From Phoronis australis (taxonomy: Eukaryota > Animalia > Phoronida), in the NCBI GenBank assembly GCA_002633005.1, contig NMRA01000152.1, forward strand, positions 186,001-250,000: 64,000 nt of DNA. The letters run 5' to 3'. Made by a program: the position numbers and the translations under genes. Below the pieces are notes generated by a model that ran no database searches, was not told the DNA's origin, and was given only the letters and a program-made list of their open reading frames with translations. Of this stretch, positions 62,692 to 64,000 are shown in pieces. The first letter of the stretch is position 1, and the number at the start of each line of letters is the position of its first letter.

Positions 62692-64000
62692 GTAAGACAC
62701 TGTTGTTTGCTTCCAGTGGTTTTCAATGTCTTCTCAATAACCCCGTGTCGTCATTAGTTGTGTTCCAGTAGTAAACGTCCATGGAGACTTCTACTTCTGA
62801 ATCAGTAAATAACTCTGTGGCTGGGCGTGCGTTCAGTAACATTAGGACCTACGCTAGGACCTAGCTTAAATCTAGCTAAAGTCGCGTGTTTTCATTTAAA
62901 ATACACGGCAATATCTCACGTAATATCCTGAAGACTTGCTTTTTAGCGAGGTCCTAGCGTTAGTGAACGGGAGGCGGGATTCATCTAGTGACCCTACCTT
63001 GTTGCCAGTAGTGATGGTCTATTTTGTGAAGAGTCAAATTCGTGATGGCTGTGGTCAGAAAATAATGGCCAACAAACTTTAGCAACTCGGCAATTAACAG
63101 AATATTGATGCTCCCTGTGCGTGGTGCAACCAGTGCCAGATTCATAACGTGTTTTGGTCGTGATAGACCGGCCCAAAAATCCTCCCCTCATTTTCGGGTC
63201 TGTCGAAATTCCTGAGTAAACCACATGCCTTTATTTGGCCGGTTTAACATGCAATTTCGCGCTAATACATATTAGCTGATGGCGTTAAGATAACAGTTGC
63301 CTAATGAAATAACACGTCTGTTTTCACTTATTCGCTCTTTTAATAGAAAGTTCGAAATCTTCTTAAAATTTTGACATCCGTACATGCGCTCTCCTTAAAT
63401 ATTGGTGACGTTTTAGCTGAGGTCGCTTTGGTCAGATCATTCGAGTTTGAAGTAACTTTTAGTATTACTAGGCGGTAAAGCGGTTTTCTTTGGTTTGAAT
63501 TTCATATCCATTAAGAATTTAATTTACACTTATAATTTCAAAGTAAATACACAGAAATTAGCGTGGAATGTCAATAAACCTGAGTTAAAATCCCCGAGAA
63601 AGTAACAAATTTCATGAATTTATGAATTCGCAGTGCCGCAGTATTCTAAGTAATCCGTTCTTGTGGGTGTCGTGAGCGCGTGTGTGAACACTTGTGTGAA
63701 CTGTAAAGTTTCATCGTTTTTTGCTGTTTCAAAATGAGAGTGATGGGTGACCGTGTTCAAGCACATACATTTCTGTCGTAAAGCGAAAATCCCAATCTGA
63801 TGAAAATCGACACTTACTTCAAGAGTTAACAATTTTTGTCAGAAGACATTGAAAAAATCCGGAAGGAAGTTGGATGAAAAATGACACTAAAATTGTTGAA
63901 AATTTACCGAAAGTTTTTGCTTCAAAATTCCATCTATTTTCCACAAAAATTATCGTGAACTTGTTAAGACCACCATGTTACGATCAATGCTGAATGGCGG

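Overview
Eukaryotic, intron-rich genomic DNA from a non-vertebrate animal; the repeat landscape suggests a lophotrochozoan or mollusc (inference). It contains a complete 17-exon inturned (INTU, CPLANE/planar-cell-polarity effector) gene on the + strand (11611-36329, about 875 aa by my exon sum). It also contains the first two coding exons of an SLC22/Orct-like transporter (61317-62691) and a probable exon of an unidentified gene near 800-952. Most other ORFs in the track look like noise. The non-coding DNA carries many mobile elements: a tRNA-derived SINE seen as both filled and empty allele, a TTAA-flanked Kolobok-like element, Harbinger-like and CA..TG-ended MITEs, and two Helentron-associated (HINE/pearl-like) elements. 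The larger HINE holds a higher-order ~150/450 bp tandem array with about 14 co-oriented CTCF-consensus-like motifs. Other oddities are a minisatellite built from an SLC22 exon end plus its splice donor, hammerhead-ribozyme-like cores, a 156-nt intronic hairpin and a 20-bp TIR-only mini-element. All homology calls come from recalled family motifs; no searches were run.
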